DNA of 64,000 bases from Scyliorhinus canicula (GCF_902713615.1 NC_052156.1:114615120-114679119); one strand, 5' to 3'. Positions 24,657 through 38,046 are shown, numbered from the stretch's first letter. The notes: generated from the letters alone by a model not told the origin. Program-made: numbers and translations.

Positions 24657-26193
24657 GGCTGGGATTCTCCGACCTCCCACCGGCTGCCCTATTCTCCGGC
24701 GGCGTTTTTCGGGTGGCGGCGAGATTCCTGCTACGCCGGTCGGAGGCTGTTGACAGCGGCCCCTCGGCGATTCTCCGGGCCCCGATGGGCCGAGCGGATG
24801 TCAATTTTTGGCCAGTCCCGCCTGCGTGAATTACTCACTTCATGCACGGTGGGACCTGGCAGGTGAGTGTACGGGAGCAGTCCTCGGGAGAGCGCGGGGG
24901 AATCCGACACTGGAGGGGCCCCCCTCGGTGGCCTGGCCCCCGATCGGGGCCTACCAATCTGCGGGGGCCTTGTTCCATGAGGGAACTTCTTTCTTCTGCG
25001 CCGGGCCCCTGTAGGGCTCCGCCGTATTGCCCTGGGCCGGCACCAAGAAGAGAACCCCACACGCATGCGCGAAAATACGCCAGCCGATCTGCGTGTGCAC
25101 GGAAGCACGGCAGCCGTTCCGCACATGCACGAGATCACGCCGGCCGTTCCACGCATGTGCAAACGCGCGCGTGCAAACGCGCAGTGCTCTTCGGCACTGG
25201 CTGGAGCGGCACCAACCCCTTCGGTGTCCATCTAGTCATCGAAAATACGGAGAATCCACATTTTCGGGGGCTGTTGGCGCCAGAGAGGTTGGTGCCGCTT
25301 TTCCTGCCGGCATGGGAACATAGTCCCCAAAAGAGAGAAAATTCAGCCAGCGGGCCGTACCAGCGCCAAAACGTGACGTGAACCACTCCGGCGTCGGGCC
25401 GCCCAGAAGGTGCGGAATCCTCCGCACCTTCAGGGGCTAGGCTGGCGCCAGCGGGTTTGGCATTGCACCAGCCGGCGCCGGAAGGGTTGGCGCCGCGCCA
25501 ACTGGTGCCGAAGGGCCTCCGCCGGCTGGTGCAAGTTGGCACATGTGCGGGAGCGCCAACGTGTTCTGGCATGATCCCAGCGCATACGCGGGGGGATCTT
25601 ATCCCCGCCGGCCATGGCAGACCGTTACAGTGAAAATGTCCAACATCGCCACAGTTTGATGACCGGGGGGCTTCTGCCAGGATGGGGCGGGGGAGGGGGG
25701 GGGGGGGGGGGGTTGGTATCAGCGGTGTGGCCAGGAGGTGGGCTGTGGAATCGGAGTGGACAGCCACAGAGAACCATTGCCGCAGCCGGTAAGGCAGCCA
25801 TGCAGCTGTCCACGCTGCTGGCTGCCCACTGTGAACTTAGGGCCACAGGTGATATGGGTGTTCCCCCAGGCCATGCCCTAGGTACCCTCTGGCACCATCT
25901 GTGATGTGGGCGCGCTGCAACACAACCAGTGCCATCTTGTTGGCTGGGATGGTGTGTGTGGGGAGTGAAATGTGTATATGCTGCTGCAGCTTGTCAGCCT
26001 CCTGAATGTCAAAAGCAAATCCGGCAAATCCCGCGCCGTTTCTCATTGGAATGATTGTGTTCTATGTGGTACCGATGCTAGCCCCTCCACAGTCGCTGAA
26101 TTGGTCCTGGTGCGGCGCCAGTTTTGCTGTCATAGAAGTCCATGAATCCTGCTCCGGCATCAACACTTAGTCTCAGGAATGGAGAATCCTACC
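24657..26193. mobile_element. Composite Harbinger-type MITE(s)
   Basis: GGCTGGGATTCTCC...GGAGAATCCTACC; right part is the reverse complement of the 46938-48192 family. Confidence 0.7.
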
Positions 26194-27213
26194 CAACGTT
26201 CCGAGTCCAGAATGATTCCTCTTCAGAGTTGTTTCGTCCTGGATGATGTCAGGCCTCTTAATTGTTATTGGGCGTGCACCCATCCAGACATGCTGAGGAT
26301 ACTCCTTCACACTCCTGACTTGATCCGTGTAGATGGTGGACAGGCCTTGGGGAGTCATGAGGTAAATTACTTGCTGCAAAATTCCCAGGCTCTGGTCTGC
26401 TCATGTCGCCATAGTACTTAATTTCTATAGCTGGTCCAGTCAGCTTCTGTTCAATGGTAACCCCCAAGATGCTGATAGTGAGAGATTTAGGGATGGTAAT
26501 GCCATTGAATATCAAGAGGAGATGGTTATATTCACTCTTGTGGGAGATGACTATTGCCTGGCATGGGCTCCTTGTGGCCACACCTGACCAACTGCTGCCT
26601 TGATGTCGAGTGCAGTCACTCTCACCTCACCTCTGAAATTCTGCTCTTTTGTCCATGTTTGAATCAAGGCTTTTAATGAGGTCAGGAGCTGAGTGGCCCT
26701 GGCAGAACCCAAACTGAGCGTCTGTGAGTAGGTTTTGCTGAGTAAGTGTCGCTTGATAGCACTGTTGATGACCCCTTCCATTATCTATTGGTGATAGAGA
26801 GTTGACTGATGGGTTATTGCTGGTTAGATGCCAGTGCTGTAGCTGTACTGAAACATCTTGGTTAGAGGCGCGGCAAGTTCTGGAGCATACGGCTTCAGTA
26901 CTACTGCCGGAATATTGTCAGGGCCCATAGCCTTTGTAGTATCTGGTGCTTTCAGCCGTTTCTAGAGAAAATTGAAATGGCTGAAGACTGACCTTTACGA
27001 TGCTGGGGACCTCTGGAGAAGGCCAAGATGAATCATCCATACAGCACTTCAGGTTGAAGATTGTTGCAAATGTCCATTGCACTAATGTGCTGGGTTCCTC
27101 CATCATTAAAGGTGGAGATATTTGTAGAGCCTCCTACTCCAGCGAGTTGTTTAATCGTCCACAACCATCACAACTAGATGTGGTAGGACTGTAGAGCTTA
27201 GATATGATCCATT

Positions 27214-27546
27214 GGGCAGCATGGTAGCACAGTGGTTAGCACAGTTGCTTCACAGCTCCAGTGTCCCAGGTTCAATTCCCCGCTGGGTCACTGTCTGTGC
27301 GGAGTCTGCACGTTCTCCCCGTGTCTGCGTGGGTTTCCTCCGGGTGCTCCGATTTCCTCCCACAGTCCAAAGATGTGCAGGTTCGGTGGATTGGCCATGC
27401 TAAATTGCTCTTAGTGTCCAAAGAAAAAGGTTAGGTGGGGTTACGGGGATAGGTTGAAAGTGTGGATTTAAATGGTGTGCTCTTTCCAATGGCCGGTGCA
27501 GGCTCGAAGGGCTGAATGGCCTCCTTCTACACTGTAAATTCTATGA
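27214..27546 (+). mobile_element. HE1-type SINE type A
   Basis: Near-consensus full-length copy. Confidence 0.9.
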
Positions 27547-27685
27547 TTAGTTGTGCGATCACTTACCTCTGTCAATTACATGTTGTTTATCTTGTTTAGC
27601 ATGTAAGTAGTCCTGTGTTGTAGCTTCACCAGGTTTACACCTCATGTTTAGGTATGTTGGTCCTGGCATGTCCTCCTTTTTTCAT

Positions 27686-27908
27686 TTTTAAAATAAATTT
27701 AGAGTACCCAAATTTTTTTTTCCAATTAAGGGGCAATTTAGCATGTCCAATCCACCTACTCTGCACATCTTTGGGTTGTGGGGGTGAAACCCCCACAGAC
27801 ATGGGGAGAATGTGCAAACTCCACATGGACAGTGACCCAGGGCAGGGATTCGAACACGGTTCCTCAGAGCTGCAGTCCCAGTGCTATCCACTGCGCCACA
27901 TGCTGCCC
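27686..27908 (-). mobile_element. HE1-type SINE type B
   Basis: A-rich tail variant. Confidence 0.85.
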
Positions 27909-29067
27909 TTGGCATGCCATCCTGCATTCTTCATTGAGCCAAGGTTGACCACCCAACTTGATGTTAATGCTAGAGTGGGGGGATATGCCGGACGATGAGT
28001 TCACAGATTGCAGTTGTATGCAATTCAGCTACTGATGGTCCACAGTGCCTCATGGATGCCCAGTTTCAAGCTGTTATATCTGTTAGAAATCTATCTTCTT
28101 TAGCACGGTGGGAGTGCTATACAACATGATAGAAGATACGTCAATGCGAAAATGGCATTTTGTTTCCACAAGAACTGTGCAGTGGTTGCTCCTACCGATG
28201 ATGTCACGAAAAGCTGCAGCTGCAAAAGGTAGATTGGCAGGCACGAGGTCAACTATGTTTTTCCACCTTGTTGGGTCCCTCACCACCTTCCACAGATCCA
28301 GTCTAGCTGCCATGTCCTTTAGTACTCAGACAGCTCGGTCTGTAGTGGTACCATGAAGCCACTCTTGGCGATGGACATTGAAGTCCCCCACCAGAGCACT
28401 CTCCAGCCTTTGTGCTTGCTCCAAGTGATGTTCAACATGGAGGAGTACTGATTGATCAGCTGAAGGGGGTGGGGAGGGGGGGAGGGGGGTAGCTGAGTTA
28501 TATGGGAATCAGCAGGAGGTTTCCTTCCCTATTTCTATCCTGATCCCACAAGACTTCATGGGGTCTGGAGTCAAAATTGAGGATTCCCAGGGAAACTTCC
28601 TCCCAACTGTAAACCACTATGCCGCCAACTGCCTTTGCCAGGTCTTCTCTGGAGTGGGACAGGACATGCACTGGGATGCCGTGGATATTATCTGTAAGGT
28701 ATGATTCCGTGCGTATGACTGTGTAAGGCTGTTGCTTGACTAGCCTGTGAAACAGCTCTACCAACTGTTTGCAGAGGTCCCCAGCCGTTAGTAAGGAGGA
28801 CTTTGCAGGGTCGACAGGGCTGGGGTGCTGTTGTCATTTCCGGTGCCGAGGTCTAAGCCAGGTGATCCGTCTAGTTTCCTTGTTGATTTTTCAGGTTTGA
28901 TGCTGCAGAGTGGCCTTGCTGGACCATTTCAGAGGGAAATGACTGTGGATCTGGAGTCACGTGTCAACCAGACCAGGTAAGGGCGGCAGATTTTCATCCT
29001 GAAAGGGCATTAGTGAACCAGATGGGTTTATACAATTGACAGTGGTGTCATGATCACCATTACTGGG

Positions 29068-29337
29068 TGTTATAACCCGCATGAGAACCACGGGGAAACT
29101 ATTGCTGATCTCTCCGTGGGACTTGTGGAGTACGAGCTTCCCAGATAAGGGGCAAAGGCCACCCAGCTGGAGCTTGTTACAAACAAACATAAAAGCCGGC
29201 CCAAAGCAGGGCCTGGTGTGGTCAGTTCTCCCAGCAAGGAATGGAGTGGGGGCAAGTTACTGCCGTGAGCAGGATTTTGTATATAGTTAAATAAATCTCA
29301 GTTCAAATTCTTCAAGTTACTAAACTGGGATTAACGT
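29068..29337 (+). mobile_element. Probable small solo LTR inside the LINE leader
   Basis: TGTTATAA start; AATAAA near 29290; partial similarity to the reverse complement of LTR 62373-62622. Confidence 0.45.
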
Positions 29338-31359
29338 TTAATTCCAGAATATATTAATTGGATTTAAACTCCACCTGTGCTGTAGTGGGATTTGATCCCA
29401 TGTCCTCAGAGCATTAACCTGGGCCTCTGAGCTACTGGTCCAGTGATGTTACCAGCACACCACCCATAAAGTCATAAATGATGCAGCAGGGTCAGTTGAG
29501 TAGCAGGTGCACAGACAATTTAAAAATGCAAAAGATGCTCTCTGGGTTGCTCCTCTCTGCTGTTAGCTTCACAATAATGGCACCTCACTTTTAGCCTCAA
29601 CATTGAAAAGCAATAATGAGTGGCCTGCAGTTGTTGGATTTCCTCTTGGAGTCTATCACCGCCCTCCTCGCAGTTCACAACATGTCCAAGTTTTATGTTA
29701 TTTGCAAATACCTCCAAATTTTGGGGGAGTCTGGTCTGACAATTTGTTTTGTGTGGTGGAATTGCCTGGGCCTCTGCAGTGATGCCAAATTTGTCATGTG
29801 TTGTGCTACAACTACATTCTTTTCTCCTGGCTTGTTAGCTGGTGATGTTACTGGGGATCTCTTTGTGATGCTAATCAGGAGGTTGTTCAAATGCTGATTG
29901 ACCTTCTGTGGCACATTCTGCAATAATACCTTTGACTTAGCTCGCACCAGGCAGAACGCAGTCTGCATCTGACGCCTTCACTAAACCGAGTGAGGAAAAT
30001 TGGTCAAATTAGTTCCTCCTTTTCACACAATACAATGGTTCACTGCTCATTAATTTCCTTTTGTGGATTTGTATAGCATTCTGTACTTTATCTTAATCTG
30101 GGAGCCTGCCTTCAAATTTTCGGCTCCATTTAGACAAATTCTGTTTCATTTATATTTTTAGTTTAGCAATCTTTGTATTATTTTTAAGGATTCCTGCTGC
30201 AATTGGTCTCCAGTTCTGAATCAATGAGACGGTAATAACATTTTCTAGGTCCCTTCCGTTTCCTTGGTGCTGTTGAAGTCACACATTTTGATTGTGTTGT
30301 AATCTGAGTGCTCACAAATGACTCCAGCCATTTATCATACGGCATGCATCTTTAGCATACATTACAAGCTCATTTTAATCCATTTCTATGTCACATGTGA
30401 TTGCTTGATGCATGGCGATGTGCCACCATGGATGTCAAATGCAAAATGTACAGTGGACTATCAAAATCCACCATACACAACGCGCACAAAAGCCCGTCGA
30501 CAACACGAAACAATCTAGCCCGCAAAAATGTTATTGCTTTATTCATCCATATCAATCTTGTTTCAAGAAAGTCCTGTCTTTAATCGGGATTTCTAAAGTG
30601 AAGCATGTCTCAGTTCCCGTGGCCAGAGGTCATTGCCTTCATTGTTTGCTGTCATTGTATAATTCTTGTCTAGATGCAAATTCTGTTGGTGATTTCCAGA
30701 TCCTTGTTATTTCACCCTCTGAATTCCATTCCCCAACATGTTTCCTTCACTTGAGTTACAGGCAGAGGAATCGACCATTCAGCCCGATCAGTCTGCTCCG
30801 CATTTTGCAGACTGCAGCCCATCTTTCTCCAAAAACTTTCATTTTGGAAGACCCGAATTGGTTTGAGTTGGCCTCGTGGTCTACTCCGACAGTGCATTCC
30901 ACACTCTCCTACCTCTTCATTTTTGAACATATTCTCAATGTACTTTTAGAAAATTGAAAACAAGCAAAGGAAAATGTAACAAAGAATGACAGTGGAAATG
31001 CCACTATGCAAGGATAGAAAAATCTTAATTGATGGGAGATGCAGCAAAAATTCACAGATTCTCCTCAGCAATTGCAGGCAGCATGCCCGAGAAGACAGCA
31101 CTTGTTTATTTAAACACTGTGCAGGTGATTTTCCAAGAGTTACTTTCGGTATTAAATAACCTTTGAGATGGGACTGTTAGCATGAGATGTTACCTTGGTG
31201 AGCGAGTTGCAACCTGTGCTAGGAACAGCCACCTTGAGGATCATTGAGGAATGGGTTGCCATGTCGACTCTTTTATGGGCACCATCAGCCCAATTGCAGT
31301 GACATTTTTGTGCACACTTCTTCTCTTAATATTTGTCATTGCTGAAAATGCAAGTGGTA

Positions 31360-31530
31360 TTCGCCGCTCAAAGGACGCTGCTGTCAAGTCTATCAAACAA
31401 ATACGTTATGTGGTATATGAATTTCAGTGCCAGTGTGGTGCTCGGAATGGAGGCCATATGTACCGAAGACTGGGGAATCACATCAGACAGCATGTCCCAG
31501 CTGCTGTTCACAACAGGCAAGGTACAGATA
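31360..31530 (+). pseudogene. Penelope-like GIY-YIG endonuclease fragment
   Basis: VVYEFQCQCGA..GG...RRL..HIRQHVP. Confidence 0.7.
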
Positions 31531-32295
31531 CTTGTGAGAGCTGGGCCTAGAGGAGAATCCCATCTATTTAAGCAGACATGCTGCCATTAAAAGTGATCTC
31601 AATTGCGAGAGGCCAAGTTCAGAAGTTCACTGAATACTGATTCACACAATGGTGGTGGGTCTAGATCACCAGGACATTTATGAAGGCCACACTGGATTTA
31701 CATATTGACAGCAACACTCTGTCCATGTGCTCATTTAAAATTGCAATCCTATTCACCAGTGTTCCACTTACGGAAGCCACAGATATTTTGGAGAGCGCAA
31801 AGGTGGAGAGAGCATTGAGAGGGGGCGGAGAGGGGTGGTAAGGAGAATGTGAGAACCATGGGACGTCTTTTGGCGCAGTTGGTAGCATCTCTAACTCTGA
31901 GTCAGAAGCTTGAGTTTCAAGCCCAACGCCAGGGCTTGTTGACAACAGAAGGAACGTTCATAACACGGTTCAGCAGGCTGATAATCAGCTCAGGAATCCT
32001 TTCACTACTTCCCCCTATTCCTCAAAGGAAAAAAGTGCATGCGTGAAGATACGCTCTAAAAATTAATATATGGGGAAAAGAGAGTCATGTGGGGGTCGGG
32101 GGGGGGGGGGGGGGTGTGGAGGGTGGAAGAGAGAGCTGTGAGCATGGGGGGGGGGTTGGAGACTGTGAAGGGGAGAACGGGATAGAATGTGAGGATGGAG
32201 AGAGTAAGTATAGAGGCAAGAGTGTGTGCATATGTCTGGCTCACTCCCTGTATCTGGATTCTGCCCACATGCAGCAAGATCAACACAATTTTTAG

Positions 32296-32595
32296 GGTGG
32301 CATGGTGACACTGCTGCCCCACAGCGCCAGGGATCCGGGTTCAAATCGGCCTTGGGTGACTATCTGTGTGGAGTTTGTATATTCTCCTAGTGTCTGAGTG
32401 GGTTTTCTACGGGTGCTCCAGTTTCCTCTCACAGTCCAAAGATGTGCAGGTTAGGTAGATTGACCATGATCGATTACCCCGAAGAGTCACAGGATGTGCA
32501 GATTAAATTATGGGATTACGGGTTAAGGATGGAGTAGATCGGTGCAGACTCGATGGGCTGAATGGCCTCCTTCTGCACTGTAGAGATTCTATGAT
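32296..32595 (+). mobile_element. HE1-type SINE type A
   Basis: Core plus CR1-like tail. Confidence 0.85.
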
Positions 32596-32599
32596 TCTA

Positions 32600-33405
32600 A
32601 TATCCAGCCTAGGGCTGATAAGTGGCCAGTAACATTTGTGGCACACAAGCCAGACAATGACCAACTCCAGCAAGAGAGAATCTAACCATCTTCCTTTGTC
32701 TTTCAACTCATTACCGTGTTCCAATTCCCCACCATCAACATCCTGGGGGATTCCCATTGACCAGAAACTTAACTGGATCAGCCACATAAATACTGTGGCT
32801 ACAAGAGCAGGTTAGAAGCTGGGAATTCTATGGCGAGTAACTCATCTCCTGATTCCCCAAAGCATCTTCACCACTGACATGCATAAGTCTGGCGTGTCAT
32901 GTTTGGATGCATACAGCTCCGAAGAACACTCAAGGCACTTTACCAATTCAGGAATAAGGCAGCCCCATGTCAGGCACCTCATTCACGTCCTCACAAATTG
33001 TGTCCCTCCACCGTCAGAGCAACATCCGGTGTGTACCATTTACAAGATGCAGTGCAGCAACTTGTCAAGGATCCTTCAACAGTACGTCCCTAGCCAATGG
33101 CATCAACCATCTAGAAAGATAAGGGATGCAATTCCATGGGACTACTACCACCCCCAGGTCCCCCTCACAGTCATAGAACATACTGGCTTGTAGTCCTCCA
33201 GTACCTCATCCACTTGGCCTTCATTAGTTTTACACAGTGAGTATCAATGGACTATTGGATTATATGAGTCGCCTATACATCATTATTCTATCTTAGTCAT
33301 TGGCTGAAAATGTAGGAATTCCCTCACTAACATTGTGTAAGTACCTTCACCACACAGATTGCAATCGTTCGCAGATATCACTCCCCACCACCTTCCCAAG
33401 GGCAG
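32600..33405 (+). mobile_element. 3' part of a Zenon-like LINE (same family as 26240-29465)
   Basis: CCATCAACATCCTGGGG..CCATTGACCAGAAACTTAACTGG matches the reverse complement of 26430-26480. Confidence 0.7.
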
Positions 33406-33406
33406 T

Positions 33407-34345
33407 TAGAAACATAGAAAATAGGAGCAGGGGGAAGCTCATTCAGCCCTTCGAGCCTGCTCCGCTATTCATTATGACCATGGCTGATTATCCAACTCAA
33501 TATCCTGATGCCACCTTTCCCCCATATCCTTTGACCCCCCCTTCACCCCAAATGCTATATCTGACTGCTTCTTGAAAACACAGCGTTTTGACCACCACTG
33601 CTCCCAGTGGTAATGAATTCCATAGGCCAACCACACTCTGGGAGCAGAAATTTCTCCTCATCTCAGCCGTAAATGGTCTACCCTGTATCCTCAAACTGCG
33701 ACCCTGGTTCTGAACACCCCCACCATCAGGAACATCCTTCTTGCGTTTACCCTGTCTAGTCCTGTTAGAATTTGATAAGTTTCTATGAGATTCCCCCCTC
33801 ATTCTTCTGAACGCCAGCGAATACAATCCTCATCGATTCAATCTCTCCTCATATGTCAGTCCTGCCACCTCAGGAATCAATCTGGTAAACCTTCTCTGCA
33901 CTCCCTTACAACACCGTAAATCAGAGACCTTAATGAATAGAAAAAGCAAGACATCCTTCCTCCGATAAGGAGACAAAAACTGCTCCCAATATTCCAGGTG
34001 TGGTCTCACCAAGGCCCTATATAACTGCAGCAAGATATCCCTGATCCTGTACTCGAATTCTCTCGCAATGAAGGCCAAAATACCATTTGCCTTCTTGACT
34101 GCCTGTTGCACCTGCATGCATAACTTCAGTAGCTGGTATACAAAGACACCCAGATCTCGTTGCACATTTCCCTCTACTAATTTATGGTCATTCCCGTTTT
34201 GCTACCAAAGTGGATAACTTTACACGAATCCAAATTATACTGCATCTACCGTTCATTTGCCCACCTACTCAACTTGTCCAAATCACAGTGAAGGATCTCC
34301 GCATCCTCCTCACAACTTACCCTCCCACCCAGCTTTGTGTCATGA
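33407..34345 (-). mobile_element. 5'-truncated CR1 LINE
   Basis: QRDLGV, LYRALVRPHLEY, VQRRFTRLIP motifs; CR1 3' tail. Confidence 0.9.
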
Positions 34346-35429
34346 GATGGACAGATAATGATGAACCTGCCAGCAACACCCTCATCCTGTGAATGAATAA
34401 AGTGTTTCTTTAAATTGAAATATGAAACATCCTGAACTAGTGGTCAATGTTACTTAATTCCTTCTTCCTCTTAATATGTTCCAGCTTTTAATCACCTCAT
34501 TGTGACCAAATAATTTCCAATGTCTGTCATTCAGGTCTAAGAACCTGTGCCCTTTCGCCCTGCTCCTTAGTATAGAATATAGAAATATTATTTTGGAGTT
34601 ACTTTCCCCAAACTATTTAAGCAAGCATGTTGATGAGTACACAAGAGGTTAGTGCAGAGGGAATTGAATCCGTGGTACGATGAATTGAGAAAATGATGGA
34701 ACACTACATTCGAAAGAGCAAAACAAGTCAAAGTTACAGATGGATGCCTTCATGAGAATCCTTCACCATCCATTACACTAACCGTTTTTAGTTGCTGAAC
34801 ATCCTCTGTGTTTTATATCCAGAGTTTTTTCTGATTTTAGATCAGGTTTAAGCGATTTCTCCCACATGGACGAATAAATACCAAATTAAGACTCATAACA
34901 CAAATAGCACTGACATGCAATGCAAGATAATGAGCCCACAGTTTGACTTTATGGGGGCCATCTAACAAATCAGAGCTAGGCACAAAACCTCATGTGACAA
35001 GACCGTAAATCAGAGACCTTAATGAATAGAAAAAGCATACAGGACATTGTTGACTTCTGCACCAAAGGTTTTCCAGTAAACATTGACATTGCACAAAGCT
35101 CTACTATGAAGCATTCATTTATAAGATCTGCTTTAACGTCGACGGCACTTTCTCCACAGTGGATGGAATTTGAATATAACTGACCCATTAGCAGCGAGGG
35201 GACTGACAACGTTGAAGAGGTGGAATTTGCCAGGGCTGTTTAACCCAACTCACCGCATTAGCAGCCCTTTTCCAAGTTTCCTGACCAATCGCAGAGTGAG
35301 GGCATGTTGATGATCCACCTCTGCCAAAGGGAGGATTTCTCCTTAAAGGAGACCTGGTCGGGGTCATAATGACTGAATTCTACTTTGCCTCCAGAGGCTT
35401 CAGCAGCCACAGGATCTGAAAGGAGACTA

Positions 35430-35640
35430 GAAAAGGCTGCTCTTCCCTTTTGGTCTGTAACCTTTCCCTAGAGACCCTGCTGCTGTGTATTAGTGACTGA
35501 AATGTTGGGAGGAGGAGCTCAGCCTTTCACAGTTGGTTGAGATGGGAGTGTCCAAGGAAGTCAGTAGCAGAAATTTGGCCCCTCCAATTTGGAGACGGTG
35601 CAGCAAGAGGTTTAATGACCTCAGTAGGGCAGGCAATGCG
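35430..35640 (+). pseudogene. Harbinger Myb/SANT-like gene remnant
   Basis: LETLL...EVSSR....WRRCSKRFNDL trihelix-like motif. Confidence 0.55.
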
Positions 35641-36435
35641 AGTGGTGTAATCATCTCCACTGTATCGCCTGACAACCCAAGATGTGCAAGCTGGCAGCTG
35701 ATACCCGTCTTGTCTGCACATGCTCAGAAACCCAAGGATGTCCTTGACATGAGGCACAGTACTATCAAAATCCCCAACCTAATCTGATAGCACAGAGCGG
35801 GGTGAGCACCAGGACATGATTGAGGGTCACTTCGACCAATCCAATTGTCTTTCCGCACTGAGGCAGACTTTCATCCATTTCCATAGCTAGTAATCCCCGG
35901 AACAGGTCACTAGTCTGTAGCCAACCTTGACCAATGCTAAAGTTGTATATTAGTATGGATGTCAGCCAATCAGAACTGCGGGTGTGGGAATGCATGAGTC
36001 ATGTGTGGTTATAACAGTTCAACATCTGTTGAATGGGGACAACATTGTTACAAACCAAAGCCCAAAGAGAGATCAAGAGCTGGTTAAACCATTGCCTTGT
36101 GCCCAGAACAATGGACCACAGCATCCTTCGTGGGATCCTCCGGTTGGGTGAGCATGAGGCGAATGTTGTTCAGCGAAATGTGGAATTTTTTTCCAGCTTT
36201 GAAGTCAGGCTCTTGCCTGATGTTTTCTTACAGTGAATGCATTTGCTCACAGTAAGTGGCAATCTCCAGCAGATTGCCACTATCAATGGACCTACACAAG
36301 TAATTGCAAATTCCCAGGGAGGTGCAAGGTCAGACCAAAGGGGGTTGGGGGGTTGCAGACCAGAGATGGGGGAAGGAGGTGGAAGGTTTGGGCAGGGGAG
36401 TCAGCATGGGCTGAGAGTGGGGGTCATTCCAGTAG

Positions 36436-36726
36436 GGCAGCATGGTAGGACAAGCCGATAGCACTGTGGCTTCACAGTGCCAGGGTCCCAGGTTCGATTC
36501 CCCGCTGGGTCAATGTCTGTGCGGAGTCTGCACGTTCTCCCCCTGTCTGCATGTGTTTCCTCTGGGTGCTCCGGTTTCCTCCCACAGTCCAATTTTCCTT
36601 AATGTCCAAAAAAGAAAGGTTAGGAGGGGTTATTGGGTTACGGGGTTAGGGTTTAAGTGAGGGCTTAAGTGGGTCGTGCAGACCCGATGGGCTGAATGGC
36701 CTCCTTCTGCACTGTATGTTCTATGA
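36436..36726 (+). mobile_element. HE1-type SINE type A
   Basis: Full head to tail. Confidence 0.85.
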
Positions 36727-36729
36727 GGG

Positions 36730-37378
36730 GGCATTGGACTGTGAGGCGGGCCGGACTGGAGGGGAGATCGAACTATTTGCATCGGGTGGGTGGGGGAGCT
36801 TCGGTTGTGTGGTGGTTGGGTTGGACGGAGGGTGGATGGTTGGGCCAGAGGGGGTAAGTCAGTCCGGGGGGGTGTCATTCCGGGAGCAGTGTGGTATCAG
36901 ATGGAGGGGGGGGCAAGGGGGTGGGGTGGAGGGGGAGAGAGCGAAGTGGGGTCAGACTGGACGGTGGTGTTCAGACAGGGTCACACCACAGGGGGTGGTC
37001 GGAACATTCGGGTTGGATCAGACTGAGTTGAAGGGGCGAGGAGGGGGGCAGGGGGGTCGAGCCGGCATTTGGGGGGGGGGGGGGGTGTGGTTGGTCTGGG
37101 TGTTTTAAATAGTTACTCTGGAGTTAGAAATGATTGTTTTCCTCTAACTATTTCAAAGTAACTATCAGGATAAAACTGGGAGAACCACCCAAGTTAGTGA
37201 TTTAAATCACTTCTGTTGGATGGTTCCCAGCCCAGCGCAATTGTCCAGATGAAGTTAACTCTTCTGGGCAATTGCCGAGTAAACCCTCTGGTGGGAATTT
37301 CCAAGAGGGATTAATTCCCCAACTCTTCATTGGAGTACTCACTTAAAGTGGCACTGGGGAATCAGAAAGCTATGGGCC
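36730..37378. repeat. Second copy of the G-rich/palindrome repeat
   Basis: Homologous to 13955-14790; AGTGATTTAAATCACT at 37196-37211. Confidence 0.7.
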
Positions 37379-37546
37379 ATTGAAACATCATACAAAATTC
37401 CTGGGAAAACATCTTTAATATCTGCTTGACAATGTAATGAAACTAAAATCTTTACCTTTGGGAATCAGGAAATCCAATTCCTGCCAGGCCTTGGAGCCTC
37501 TGCGCCATGTACCAGTCGAGAAATCACCGCACTTACGAAGTTCATG

Positions 37547-37677
37547 GGCGGGATTCTCCGAGCCCACGCGAGGTTGGAGAATCGGTGGCTGGTGGGGGGG
37601 GGAGTCCCGCCGGCATGGGTTCCGTATGGTCCCACCCGGCGGGACGTCAGAGTTCTGTCTGCGGGAGCCTTCCTGGT

Positions 37678-37716
<39 letters not shown>

Positions 37717-38046
37717 CGGGGGGGATCCAACCCTGGGCGGGCCTCCACGGTGGCCTGGCCCACAATCGGGGCCTATCGATCGGCGGGCGGACTAGTTCCG
37801 TGGGGGCCTGTGTTCCTCCGCGCCGGGCCCCTGTAGGGCTCCGCCATATTGCCCGGGGGCCGGCGCGGAGATGGGAACCCATGCGCATGCGTGAACCCGC
37901 GTCGGCCGTGGTGCGCCGGCTTTTGGGTACTAGCCCCCTAGGAAGAGATGGATGCTTGCCAGTTGAGGCCCGTTGACGCCAGAGTGGCTCACACCACTTT
38001 TCACACCACCGTCAGAACTTGGCCGCAGGATTGGAGAACCCCGGCC
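37547..38046. mobile_element. Harbinger-type MITE
   Basis: GGCGGGATTCTCC / GGAGAACCCCGGCC; ATG on both flanks; internal poly-G. Confidence 0.8.

Larger units (their letters stand above)
26240..29465 (-). mobile_element. Decayed LINE (CR1-group, Zenon-like) with tRNA-like 5' leader and no visible ORF1
   Basis: EN motifs (KQQP..VI.TES, SNH); RT motifs (FGF.QGHSAPDL, EVRVTALDIKAA, QVRSV.EY); A/B-box-like head at 29388-29462. Confidence 0.75.

Noticed and set aside
27212-27414. Recurrent short peptides such as MVAQWLALLPH.. as a gene family
   Set aside because: These are translations of SINE copies.
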